From an uncultured delta proteobacterium (GTDB taxonomy: Bacteria > Desulfobacterota > Binatia > Binatales > Binataceae), in NCBI GenBank assembly GCA_963842085.1, contig CAWJET010000002.1, positions 64,001-128,000 on the forward strand: a stretch of 64,000 bases of DNA, given 5' to 3'. How positions within the stretch are numbered: the first letter of the stretch is position 1; each line of letters opens with the position of its first letter. Both the position numbers and the translations under genes were made by a program. The notes under the pieces were generated by a model. That model saw only the letters and a list, made by a program, of their open reading frames with translations. It had not been told where the DNA came from and ran no database searches. Shown in pieces: positions 32,302-41,413 of the stretch.

Positions 32302-33087
32302 TCATCCGTTCAGGAAGCGACTGACTACTCGCACGAACTCGGTCGAGTTTTCAATTTCGGGCCGATGGCCGGCGTTTTCGATCGTCGCGACGTGCGCTCC
32401 CGCTATCGCCCGCTGGTACGCGTCGATGCATCCGCGAGGCACGACGCGGTCGCGCGTTCCCCACACCAGCAAAGTGGGCGTTGTGGTCCCGCGCAACAGG
32501 TACGGCAGCGCCGGATTGTGCATGTAAGGCTCCCATCCGATTCGCGCCGTCTCCGCGCGCGCGTCCTCGAACGCTTCGAATTGCTCGGGCGTCATCTCGC
32601 CGCCGTACAATTTCAGAAACTCGGGCGTGCCTGCCGGATCGGATACCGTCGCCCGCAAATGCGTGCGCATGGTGATCGGAAAGATATCCATGATCTCGCC
32701 CTCGGCCGGCTTAATCCCCATGGGCGCGACCAGGATCATCTTCGAAAAAATTCGTGGATCAGCCGCAACCATCTCAGCCGCAATAAACCCGCCCGCCGAA
32801 TACCCGATGACATCGACCGGATCGAGCTTCAACTCCCTCACCACCTGCGAATAGAAGCCTGCCAGGTCGCGGTAAGTGCGCACCCATTCAAGCCGCGGCG
32901 TCTTGCCGAAACCCGGTTGCAACGGGATGAGCAGCGTGCGCTCGTGCGCGAGCGTCTCGTTCCACGTCATCCAGCCGGGATACCCAAGCTCGTCGTGAAA
33001 AATCAGGAGCGGCTTGCCCGTCCCCGCCTTGAGCATAACCAACGTCTCGCCCGCAACGTTCAATGTCTCTTCCGACGCCTTAATCAC
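32302..33087 (-). CDS. Alpha/beta fold hydrolase
   Basis: PGFG, GYSAGG nucleophile elbow, WGTRD and GHRPE motifs. Confidence 0.88.
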   Translation of the reverse strand: MIKASEETLNVAGETLVMLKAGTGKPLLIFHDELGYPGWMTWNETLAHERTLLIPLQPGFGKTPRLEWVRTYRDLAGFYSQVVRELKLDPVDVIGYSAGGFIAAEMVAADPRIFSKMILVAPMGIKPAEGEIMDIFPITMRTHLRATVSDPAGTPEFLKLYGGEMTPEQFEAFEDARAETARIGWEPYMHNPALPYLLRGTTTPTLLVWGTRDRVVPRGCIDAYQRAIAGAHVATIENAGHRPEIENSTEFVRVVSRFLNG

Positions 33088-33180
33088 ATCATCTCTCCTG
33101 GCAACTCACCCCGCTAAGAATGGTTCTGCTAAACGGAGATCGCGCTCAACTCTTTGCCTCCAGTTCCCCTTCCCGTTTCC

Positions 33181-33296
33181 GTCATCCTGACGACCCGAGC
33201 AACGCGAGGGGAGGAAGGATCTCGGACAGCTTCGCGCCACGCGAAGCCGGTTCCGGTCTCTTAATCGCGCGCCCCGCGCGCGATTCAAGATTCTGT
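33181..33296 (+). repeat. Repeat family C (GTCATCCTGA..GAAGGATCTC-type) copy
   Basis: The 40-bp core 33221-33260 is identical to the reverse complement of 52324-52363. Confidence 0.8.
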
Positions 33297-33376
33297 CTCC
33301 GCCCCTGAACCCCCGCGGAGGTTATGCAACGGCCCCACTCGAATTGGATACCGCAGTGCGTATCACCTGTACAAAC

Positions 33377-34954
33377 CTACCAGCTATCGATGTAGCGATG
33401 TTTCTTGTCGGTGCGCGGCTCCGGCGGCGCGCTCGCCTTCAATCCCGCCGCGATCCATCTTCGCGAATCGGCAGGATCGATCACGTCGTCGACTCCGAAA
33501 TGCGACGCGTTGTTAATCGCTTTCCCGCGCTGATACATCGTCGCGACCATCTCGTCGAAACGCTTCCTGCGCGCCGCGGAATCGCTGATCGCTGCGAGTT
33601 CGTTGCGGTAGCCCAGCTTCACCGCGCCCTCGAGTCCCATCGGCCCGAACTCGCCCGTCGGCCACGCCACCGTGAATAGCGGCGCGTCGTAACTCCCGCC
33701 GGCCATCGCGATCCCGCCGAGTCCGTACGCCTTGCGCAGCACGATCGTAAAAAACGGGACGCTCGCATTCGCCGCCGCCAGAAACATCCGCGACGAGTGC
33801 CGCACCAGCGCTGTCTTCTCGACTTCCGGGCCGACCATGATTCCGGGAGTGTCGCACAAAAACAAGATCGGAATGTCGAACGCATCGCACAACTGGACGA
33901 AGCGCGCGCCCTTGTCGGCCCCGTCGCTGTCGATCGCTCCCGCCAGATGCCTGGGATTGTTAGCCACCACGCCGAACGGATGCCCCTCGATCCTGATAAA
34001 CGCCGCGATCATCGTCGGGCCGAAGTCGCGCCGAATCTCGAGCACCGACCCCGTATCCGCCATCGTCTCGATAATCGTCCGCACGTCGTAAACGCGCAGC
34101 CGGTTCTCGGGGATGATGCTGCGCAGCAAACGCTGGTCCGCGCACGTCCACTCGCTCACCGCGCCCTGGAAGTACGAGAGATATTTACGCGCCACCTGCA
34201 CCGCTTCCGACTCGTCGGCGACCGCAATATCGACGACGCCGTTGGGCACCTGCACCTCCATCGGCCCGATCTCGTCGGGACGGAAAATGCCCAGGCCGCC
34301 GCCCTCGATCATCGCGGGACCGCCCATCCCGATGTTCGAGCGCGCCGTCGCGATTACCACGTCGCAGCATCCCAGCAACGACGCGTTGCCCGCGAAGCAC
34401 CGGCCCGACGTGATGCCGACCAGCGGCACCAGCCCGCTCAACTTCGGAAAATCGTGGAACGATCGCGAATTGTGAAAGCCGCCGTCAGTGTCGCCCGGCC
34501 GCCCGCCGCCGCCTTCGGCGAACAGCACCAGCGGCAATCGCAGCTCCCGCGCGATCTGGAACATCCGATCTTTTTTGCGATGGTTCTGATGCCCCTGCGT
34601 GCCGGCCAGCACCGTGTAGTCATACGACATCACGACGCAGCGCGCCTTCTCGGCGCCGAACAAATTTCCATTGACCGTCGCGAGCCCCGTGACCAGCCCG
34701 TCGGCGGGCGTATTCCGGATCAGGTCGTCCATTTCGCGCCGCCGGCGCTGCGCGGCCACGACGATCGGCCCGTACTCGACGAACGTGCCCGGATCGCACA
34801 ACTCGTCGATATTCTCGCGCGCCGTGCGCTGCCCCGTCTTGCGCCGCCGCGCCACTGCGTCGGGACGCGCCGCGTCGAGCCCGACCTCGTGCCGCTCGAG
34901 GACCTCCGCCAGATCGGCCCGCACAGTCTCACGGTCCTTGGTTCGCAACCTCAT
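33377..34954 (-). CDS. Acyl-CoA carboxylase carboxyltransferase domain protein
   Basis: DYTVLAGTQG, EGGGGRPGD, MGGPAMIE and DTPGIMVG motifs. Confidence 0.9.
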   Translation of the reverse strand: MRLRTKDRETVRADLAEVLERHEVGLDAARPDAVARRRKTGQRTARENIDELCDPGTFVEYGPIVVAAQRRRREMDDLIRNTPADGLVTGLATVNGNLFGAEKARCVVMSYDYTVLAGTQGHQNHRKKDRMFQIARELRLPLVLFAEGGGGRPGDTDGGFHNSRSFHDFPKLSGLVPLVGITSGRCFAGNASLLGCCDVVIATARSNIGMGGPAMIEGGGLGIFRPDEIGPMEVQVPNGVVDIAVADESEAVQVARKYLSYFQGAVSEWTCADQRLLRSIIPENRLRVYDVRTIIETMADTGSVLEIRRDFGPTMIAAFIRIEGHPFGVVANNPRHLAGAIDSDGADKGARFVQLCDAFDIPILFLCDTPGIMVGPEVEKTALVRHSSRMFLAAANASVPFFTIVLRKAYGLGGIAMAGGSYDAPLFTVAWPTGEFGPMGLEGAVKLGYRNELAAISDSAARRKRFDEMVATMYQRGKAINNASHFGVDDVIDPADSRRWIAAGLKASAPPEPRTDKKHRYIDSW

Positions 34955-35019
34955 GCTCGCAGCATAGTCCGGAACCGCGAAAAGAGAAAAACTCCGCCGC
35001 CGATACTAATTGCCGCGAT

Positions 35020-35685
35020 TCACACGCGCCCGCCAATCCAGATCACTCGCCCGATGATTTTCACGTTGGATACCACCATCGCCTCGTATTTCGGATTGTC
35101 GCTGCGCACCAGCACCTTCCCGTCTGGACGCCGCTGGACTCGCTTCACCGTAAGCCCGCCGTCATGCCGCAACAGGTAAATCCCGTCCTGCCGAAAGCGC
35201 GGCTCCGCCAGATTGGCCAGGATCAAGTCCGAATCCTTCACCGTCGGTGCCATCGAATCGCCCGCCGCCTCGATCAGGATCAGGTCGCGCGGCTCCGCAT
35301 TGAGCGTCTGCTTGACCCACGCCGCACGAAACGCGATCGAATCGACCACCTGCTCGCTGCTCAGTGTCCCGTCGCGCCCGCCCGAGAATCGGATCCGGTT
35401 GCGCGGCATGAAGATGAAGTCGCCATGCTCCCGCGCGCGCGCGCCCGCCCGCGAACTCGGCGACGCCTCGGCCCCCGTCGCCAGCCACTCCACCGTCACC
35501 CGCCCCGCTCGCGCCAGCGCCACCAGGTTCGCCACGCTCGGTTGCCCCCGCCCCGACAGCCATTTGTAGATCGCGTTGTCCGACACTCCCACCGCCGCCG
35601 CCAGCGCGGCCACCGCGCCGTACGCGTGGATCACCTGGGTCAGGCGGGAGCGGAAAGCTGCTTCGTCAACTACTGTAGTTGACAT
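35020..35685 (-). CDS. Phage CI-like repressor (XRE HTH plus S24 peptidase)
   Basis: AVGVSDNAIYKWLSG HTH; GDSMAPT...VKRV S24 motifs; AGGAGG RBS. Confidence 0.9.
   Translation of the reverse strand: MSTTVVDEAAFRSRLTQVIHAYGAVAALAAAVGVSDNAIYKWLSGRGQPSVANLVALARAGRVTVEWLATGAEASPSSRAGARAREHGDFIFMPRNRIRFSGGRDGTLSSEQVVDSIAFRAAWVKQTLNAEPRDLILIEAAGDSMAPTVKDSDLILANLAEPRFRQDGIYLLRHDGGLTVKRVQRRPDGKVLVRSDNPKYEAMVVSNVKIIGRVIWIGGRV
35665..35683. promoter_or_regulatory. Palindrome GTCAACTAC-T-GTAGTTGAC, candidate operator
   Basis: Perfect 9-bp inverted repeat overlapping the first codons of the repressor gene. Confidence 0.5.
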
Positions 35686-36006
35686 AAACCTCCTAGTGTG
35701 TAATAAAATTCATAAAGCGCATGATCCTGCCACCAGCAAATCACGCCCAACTCAAACCAAAGCCCCCGCCACCCCCGCGAGCGCTCTCGCGCTCCTGCCG
35801 TCTCCGCGCCATCCCTCTCTCCGCCCATCCCCCAACGCTCGCCGACGATCGATCTTACCGCCTATACATTTTTAAACTAGTTCGCGCCCTCGCGCCCGTG
35901 GTGCCGATGACGCTTCCTTTCGCTTTGACTGTCCCTTCCGCTCAAGGCCCGCTCGTTCCCTTCATTTCAAATTGTCCGATGCCGGATCAACTCGCGTGGA
36001 GGATTT

Positions 36007-36228
36007 ATGGAACCCGCGAACTCTCTGGTTCGTCCCACCGTCTTTAGTCGCGCCGCCGACTGTATGTGGTGTCATGAAACCACTACCCACGCCGACGTAA
36101 CCCGCCACCACGGCCTGTGCCGCAACTGCGTCCACGACAATGTCGAAATCAGTTGGCGCCTGGTTTACGACCGCGATCGCAACATCGGCTCGATTCCTTC
36201 CAATCTTCGGCTTGCGTACGGCTTATGA
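36007..36228 (+). CDS. Small Cys-rich (CxxC...CxxC) hypothetical protein
   Basis: GGAGG RBS; ATGA coupling to the Mor-like gene. Confidence 0.6.
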   Translation: MEPANSLVRPTVFSRAADCMWCHETTTHADVTRHHGLCRNCVHDNVEISWRLVYDRDRNIGSIPSNLRLAYGL

Positions 36229-36722
36229 ACGCCGCCTTCAGCCGGATGCCCGCGCTCGACCGCGCTCCGTCGCCGCGCTTCAGTCCGTTCGCGCCCGTCG
36301 CGCGCGCCACGCTTTACGATCAGATCGGCCATTCGATCGGTGACGACGCCGCCGACAAGCTAATCGCGGATTTCGGCGGTCGCCGCCTGTATATCCCGAT
36401 GGCGCCCGCGCCCGGCGATTCGATCGCGCGCTCGATTGGACTGGCGGCGGCGCGGGCGATGGCGCGCGCGTTCGGTGGCGATCGCATCCTGGTTCCGATC
36501 ACCAGCAAATTTAACCGCCGGCGCGTGCGAATCGTCGCGATGCGCGCCGACCACGTCAGCGTCTCGCGCATCGCGCACGAACTCCGCTGCACCGAGCGCT
36601 ACGTGTACAAGGTGCTTGCGCTGAACCGCGCGCCCGATCCGCCCGCCGCCAACCCCGTTGCGCCAACGTCCGCGCCGCTCGCCGAGCGATTGAAACGTGG
36701 ACGGATCAATCAGCGCTCCTGA
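36225..36722 (+). CDS. Mor/C-like phage transcription activator
   Basis: LIADFGGRRLYIP plus C-terminal HTH SRIAHELRCTERYVYKVL. Confidence 0.75.
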   Translation: MNAAFSRMPALDRAPSPRFSPFAPVARATLYDQIGHSIGDDAADKLIADFGGRRLYIPMAPAPGDSIARSIGLAAARAMARAFGGDRILVPITSKFNRRRVRIVAMRADHVSVSRIAHELRCTERYVYKVLALNRAPDPPAANPVAPTSAPLAERLKRGRINQRS

Positions 36723-37227
36723 CGCCTACACCCCCGAATTCCTGACCGCGGTCCAGCGCGTGCTCGCCAACGAGGGCGGCTATTCGTCGAATCCGGCCGA
36801 CCCCGGCGGCGCCACCAAGTTCGGAATTTCGGCGCGCGCGCATCCCGGACTCGACATCGCGACGCTCACGCGCGAGGCGGCGGTGGAAATCTACTGGCGC
36901 GAATGGTGGCTGCGCTTCGGCTTTGCGCAATTGCCGGCCGCGACCGCCGCCAAGACCTTCGATCTCGCCGTCAACATCGGCGCCGTCCATGCGATCCAAT
37001 GTCTTCAACGCGCGCTGCGCGCGTGCGGCGTGCCGGTCGCGGAAGACGGCGTGCTCGGCCCGGCCACCGCGCTCGCAGCCGGGCGCGCCGACTCCGCCGC
37101 GCTGACCGCTGCGCTGCGCTCCGAGGCCGCCGGCTATTACCGCGTGACCGCCGCGCTCGCCCGCGGCCAACGCAGGGACGACGACCGCGAATTTCTCAAG
37201 GGATGGCTGAACCGCGCGTACGCGTGA
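36697..37227 (+). CDS. GH108 lysozyme (endolysin)
   Basis: EGGYSSNPADPGGATKFGI, DGVLGPAT and GWLNR motifs. Confidence 0.92.
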   Translation: MDGSISAPDAYTPEFLTAVQRVLANEGGYSSNPADPGGATKFGISARAHPGLDIATLTREAAVEIYWREWWLRFGFAQLPAATAAKTFDLAVNIGAVHAIQCLQRALRACGVPVAEDGVLGPATALAAGRADSAALTAALRSEAAGYYRVTAALARGQRRDDDREFLKGWLNRAYA

Positions 37228-37280
37228 CCGAGCTTTTGGTTTTTCACGCCCGCGCCAGAGGCCGTGCAGGAAATGAAAAA

Positions 37281-37538
37281 GTGAAAAAGGCATTTCACAA
37301 ATCCAAGGCGTTTTACGGCTGCGTCAGCACGCTCGTTCTGATCGCCGGCGACATCGCGGCCAACGGCGCGACGCTCGGCAACATGACCGCGCTGCTGACT
37401 GCCGGACTTGCGCTGTACGGCCGGATCGTCGCGACCGCGCCGCTCGGCGTGAGCGACCAATCCGAGGCCGACGTCGAGGATGCAAAAGCAGATGTTCGAA
37501 GAAGCAAGATTTCTGTCGACGCGGACCATGGCAATTAG
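37281..37538 (+). CDS. Putative holin
   Basis: Small protein with two hydrophobic segments directly after the endolysin (KAFHKSK..LALYGRIVA). Confidence 0.55.
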   Translation: MKKAFHKSKAFYGCVSTLVLIAGDIAANGATLGNMTALLTAGLALYGRIVATAPLGVSDQSEADVEDAKADVRRSKISVDADHGN

Positions 37539-37929
37539 CCGCTTTACTGCGGTGCAGGGCTTGGCCCTGCCGCGGAAGGGCGAAATCCGCGCAGGGTTTC
37601 GCGCATTTGGCTTTGTGCTTCTGTCCGCTTGCCTGTTTGCGGCGTGCGCGCCGACGTACGCGCCGCATATCGACGCGCCCGCGATGCCTGCATTGGATTC
37701 GGCCCAGCGCGCGACCCGATGCGCCGGCGCTGAAAAAATCGCGCCGCTCGATCCGCCCCCGCAGTTGCCGGACGCGGAGCAAGCGCCGTGTCCGCGCGGC
37801 TCGGGGCTGGCGGCGTGCTTCACGGCGGACCAGGACGCCGTCCGCCAGCAGCGTTTCAAAATTCTTCACGACGATCGCGACTATTGCCGCGACGCGTATA
37901 ACCGGGCGGTGAACCGTGTCTTTCAGTAA
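37528..37929 (+). CDS. Putative lipoprotein (possibly spanin-like)
   Basis: LFAAC lipobox; Pro/Cys-rich. Confidence 0.55.
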   Translation: MAISRFTAVQGLALPRKGEIRAGFRAFGFVLLSACLFAACAPTYAPHIDAPAMPALDSAQRATRCAGAEKIAPLDPPPQLPDAEQAPCPRGSGLAACFTADQDAVRQQRFKILHDDRDYCRDAYNRAVNRVFQ

Positions 37930-38254
37930 AGGGTTTCACGCATCGTTGTTGCTGCTTGCGCTGGCGGCGCTGACGGCCTCGGCGGGATGCGCGCAGGTGC
38001 ACGAGAAGATGTTTACGCTCGACTGCGCGGCCGGCCGCGCGCCGCTGCCGGGCGAGCTGGCGCCGGGCACTGCGATGGCGCTTGACGTTTCGACCAGTCC
38101 GATCCCGCTGCTCTTTCCGCCCCATCGCGCGATCGCGCGATGCGACAACGCGGGCGTGGTGGCGATGAATATCGAGGAGCCGGTGGACACCGGGCTGAAC
38201 CAGCTATCGACGCCGCTCAGCACCGCTGCCAGCCATGTGACGTACGCGCCGTGA
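37916..38254 (+). CDS. Putative lipoprotein
   Basis: Signal peptide plus SAGC lipobox. Confidence 0.55.
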   Translation: MSFSKGFHASLLLLALAALTASAGCAQVHEKMFTLDCAAGRAPLPGELAPGTAMALDVSTSPIPLLFPPHRAIARCDNAGVVAMNIEEPVDTGLNQLSTPLSTAASHVTYAP

Positions 38255-38312
38255 TGAAAACAAGTTACGCGGCAATTTCGCCGCCTCAAAAAAGAGAGAG
38301 GAGATACTCGCT

Positions 38313-38816
38313 ATGAGTTCGAAGCCTGGAAAATTGGCTCGCCTGTTTTCCCTGATGCTTTGCGCGCTCGCGTCCGTGTTAGCTGGATGCGGCGCGCCGC
38401 TGCAGGCGCAGCAAGGTGGCGGCTTGAAGGAGCCGACCATCCAGAGCCAGCTCGGCCATAACAATATCGTGCCGTCGGCTCCCGCGCTTACCCTGCAAAC
38501 GACCAATTTCTGCAACGCGCAAGCGCAAGTGGACTACGGCTACGCGGTATTGTTCTGCGAGAACAAGCTGGCTTCGCTGCCGGTCTCCTTCACCACCACC
38601 TACGGAGCGCAGGTGAACGCCGACTGGTGCTACACGAACCAGTACACCAACGCCAGCGGCCAGCTCTCCGTGCCCAAGGACGCTGCCGGCAATCCTATAA
38701 TTCCGACCCTGGGCAATTGTCCTTCCGGCACCGCACCCGCACCGGTGACCGCGCCGTCGGGAGCATCGGCAACCAAAACTTCCGCGCTCGCGCGCAACCT
38801 CGGCGCGCGCGCTTAA
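38313..38816 (+). CDS. Putative lipoprotein
   Basis: VLAGC lipobox; strong RBS. Confidence 0.65.
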   Translation: MSSKPGKLARLFSLMLCALASVLAGCGAPLQAQQGGGLKEPTIQSQLGHNNIVPSAPALTLQTTNFCNAQAQVDYGYAVLFCENKLASLPVSFTTTYGAQVNADWCYTNQYTNASGQLSVPKDAAGNPIIPTLGNCPSGTAPAPVTAPSGASATKTSALARNLGARA

Positions 38817-38827
38817 TCCTGAAAAAA

Positions 38828-39265
38828 ATGGGCAGCACTGCAGCATTGGCTATCGTCTCAAAGCTCGCGCCGCTCATCATCGACGCGATGGCGCCGGAGG
38901 TTCAGAGCCTTCTCAAGTCGCTGCCGGGCGGACTGCTCAAGCTCGCGCCGCCGCCGCTGGACGTCGAAGTCGCAGTCGCCGCCAATATCGCCAAAGCGAT
39001 GCCGGCGGTCACCGCCGCGACGCTCGCCACGCTCAGGAACAAGATCGGCGCCGCGGTTGCGATCTATGCGACGGAGCATCCGGGCGACAACCTGGAGTCG
39101 CAAGCCTGCTGGGTTGACATCGCGGCCGCGGCCAGCGCCGGAATTGCGGCCGAAGGACTCGAGCCGGCGCAAATCCCCAGCAGCACTTACTGGCAGATGA
39201 TTCTTTCCGGCCTCGAGCTGTACCGCGCCGGCCTCGGCGCCCGCGCGCTGACGGTGGCCGCGTGA
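38828..39265 (+). CDS. Hypothetical protein
   Basis: Co-oriented in the phage late operon. Confidence 0.55.
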   Translation: MGSTAALAIVSKLAPLIIDAMAPEVQSLLKSLPGGLLKLAPPPLDVEVAVAANIAKAMPAVTAATLATLRNKIGAAVAIYATEHPGDNLESQACWVDIAAAASAGIAAEGLEPAQIPSSTYWQMILSGLELYRAGLGARALTVAA

Positions 39266-39279
39266 AAGGGGCGGCCTGA

Positions 39280-39582
39280 GTGGGATTGGGCGACGCCGCG
39301 GGATGGGCCGCCGCACTGATCGCGTTGGTCGCGGTCAACGCCAGCACCATTCAATGGCTGCTGAAGCGGCGCGACGAACAGCATCAGCGCGACTCCGGCC
39401 GGACCGACAATCTGGAAGACGAGTTTACCGATATGCGCGTGAATCTGCCGCTGGAGTACGTGCGGCGCGAGGACTGGATCAGGTTCAGCGGGACGCTCGA
39501 CGCCAAGCTGGACGCGATGCGCGAAGAAATGCGCGAAGAAATCGCAGAGGTAAAGGAAAGGCTCTATGCCGGACGGAATTGA
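39280..39582 (+). CDS. Mu-like phage membrane-anchored coiled-coil protein
   Basis: N-terminal TM; LPLEYVRREDWIR motif common in Mu-like prophages. Confidence 0.7.
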   Translation: MGLGDAAGWAAALIALVAVNASTIQWLLKRRDEQHQRDSGRTDNLEDEFTDMRVNLPLEYVRREDWIRFSGTLDAKLDAMREEMREEIAEVKERLYAGRN

Positions 39583-39880
39583 TCTCGAACAGAAGAATCG
39601 CGAGGAAGCGCGCTGGCGGATGCTGCGGGTGGTCGATGCGGGACGGCCGATAGCGGTCTCCGAGCAGATAATCTGGCGCGTGCTCGCCGATATCAAGCTT
39701 GCGCTGTCGCTCAACGCCGTGCGTCGCGAACTCGTTTACCTGCGCGACCTGGGCTTGCTCGAACTCGAATGCGAGGACACGGAAACCTGGTTCGCGAAAC
39801 TCACGGCCAACGGCGTCGACGTGGTCGAGTACAACTTTCCGTCACCCGCCGGAGTCGCGCGCCCGCGCAAGTACTGGTGA
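39566..39880 (+). CDS. Mu gp26-like winged-helix protein
   Basis: RRELVYLRDLGL...LTANGVDV...GVARP. Confidence 0.75.
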   Translation: MPDGIDLEQKNREEARWRMLRVVDAGRPIAVSEQIIWRVLADIKLALSLNAVRRELVYLRDLGLLELECEDTETWFAKLTANGVDVVEYNFPSPAGVARPRKYW

Positions 39881-40503
39881 GCGGCGGGATGAAGGGAGAA
39901 AAGGGCGCGAAGAAAAGCGACCCCGGCGGCAAACCGAAACGAGTGCCGTATCGGCCGGTGCCGGCCAGGACCTGGAAGATCAAGCGGATGCCCAGGGATT
40001 TGAAGGAGCAGCTCGATAAGCTGCTCAGCGAAAGCAAGATGCATACCTCGCGGCAACTGAGTAAATGGCTGGGCGACAATGGCTTCGAGATCTCTCACCG
40101 CTGCATCGACGAATACCGGCACAACTTCGAGCGCCGCCTCGACGCGGTCCGGATGGCCACCGAGCGGGCGCGAATCGTCTGCGAGCAATTCAAAGATGAT
40201 GACACGCAAATGCAGAGCGCGCTGATGAGGCTGGTGCAAACCCGCCTGTTCGAAGTTTTGGTCGTCGCTAACGAAAAAGAAACTAACCGCAGGAAACGGA
40301 CCAGCCCGGTCGCCGCCGTGAATATCGCAGCGCTCGCGCGCACCGTGTCGGGCCTGGTGAAGGCGGAATCCGACCATCAGAAGTGGGCCGAGCGCATGCG
40401 CGCGGGAGTGGCGGCGGTGGGGAAGAAGATCGAGGAGGCACGGGCGAAGGGGCTGAGCAAGGACGCGGCGGATCAGATCAAGGCAGTGCTGCTGGAGATT
40501 TAG
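39877..40503 (+). CDS. Mu gp27 / DUF3486 family (putative terminase small subunit)
   Basis: Position before terL; LSKWL..GFEIS and GLSKDAADQIK. Confidence 0.75.
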   Translation: MSGGMKGEKGAKKSDPGGKPKRVPYRPVPARTWKIKRMPRDLKEQLDKLLSESKMHTSRQLSKWLGDNGFEISHRCIDEYRHNFERRLDAVRMATERARIVCEQFKDDDTQMQSALMRLVQTRLFEVLVVANEKETNRRKRTSPVAAVNIAALARTVSGLVKAESDHQKWAERMRAGVAAVGKKIEEARAKGLSKDAADQIKAVLLEI

Positions 40504-40528
40504 CGGAGTGAGTTGTTTTCAGAAGGAA

Positions 40529-40816
40529 AGAATCCTGAATCGCGCGCTGAAAAAAGCGCGCTGGAAGCGGACCCTCACCTTCATCCTCTCCCTTGCAGGG
40601 AGAGGAGACAGAAGGACAGCCAGAAAACTTCGTCGATATCGGCGAGCGCCTGGTTGTTTGCAGTTGATTGTTCTGTATCTGTTTCCTCTCCGTTTAGAGA
40701 GAGCTTTGCCCAACCTGGCGCGCAGTTCTTCCCCTCTCCCTGCAAGGGAGAGGATGAAGGTGAGGGTCCTTATACAGCGCGCATTTTTCGCGCGCGAGTC
40801 ACGATTCCTTCCTTCT
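40529..40816. repeat. Inverted pair of repeat family A elements
   Basis: 40529-40611 and 40731-40816 are near reverse complements, each with a CCTCTCCC/GGGAGAGG hairpin. Confidence 0.85.
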
Positions 40817-41173
40817 TTAATCTGCCTTCGAACCGCTGAGAAACCGGGCAATTGCGGCCAGAACTTCCTCAACATTCTCGAGCACTTGGTTGTTCCAGAA
40901 TCGAAGGACCCGGTAGCCCCGCGAACTCAGAAACAAGGTCCGGCTTTCGTCTTCCTGCGATCGCTCTGCATGTTGCGCGCCGTCGAGTTCGATGATGAGC
41001 CGCCGTTCAATCGAACAGAAGTCAGCGAAGTACGGCCCAATCGGGAACTGACGGCGAAACTTGGCGTCGCGCATCTGGCGGTCTCGCAGATGATGCCAGA
41101 GTATCCGTTCCGCGTCAGTTTGTTCGCGACGCAGCCGCCGCGCATTCTGCTGGGGCGATACGATCAAGGTCAT
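40817..41173 (-). CDS. DUF559 (Vsr-like PD-(D/E)XK) endonuclease
   Basis: ARRLRREQTDAERILW, FRRQFPIGPYFADF, IIELDGAQH and GYRVLRFWN motifs. Confidence 0.92.
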   Translation of the reverse strand: MTLIVSPQQNARRLRREQTDAERILWHHLRDRQMRDAKFRRQFPIGPYFADFCSIERRLIIELDGAQHAERSQEDESRTLFLSSRGYRVLRFWNNQVLENVEEVLAAIARFLSGSKAD

Positions 41174-41223
41174 CGTGAAAAATTGTTGCAATTTTGAAAC
41201 GAAAAACAAGATACGCAGAGAAC

Positions 41224-41396
41224 AGAATCCTGAATCGCGCGCTAAAAAAAGCGCGCTGGACAATCCCCCTCACCCGCGTCTTCGGCGCGGCCTCTCCCGC
41301 AACCAAGCGGGCGAGGCAGGTATTCAGTGGCGGGGAACGCGACGCCCTAACTCGACCCTCACCTGTCTCCTCTCCCTTACAGGGAGAGGAGACAGA
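41224..41396 (+). repeat. Repeat family A composite copy
   Basis: AGAATCCTGAATCGCGCGCT..AAAAGCGCGCTGGA shared with 40529; two CCCTCACC..CTCTCCC hairpin units. Confidence 0.8.
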
Positions 41397-41413
41397 CTAG
41401 TGGCTATTAGCTA

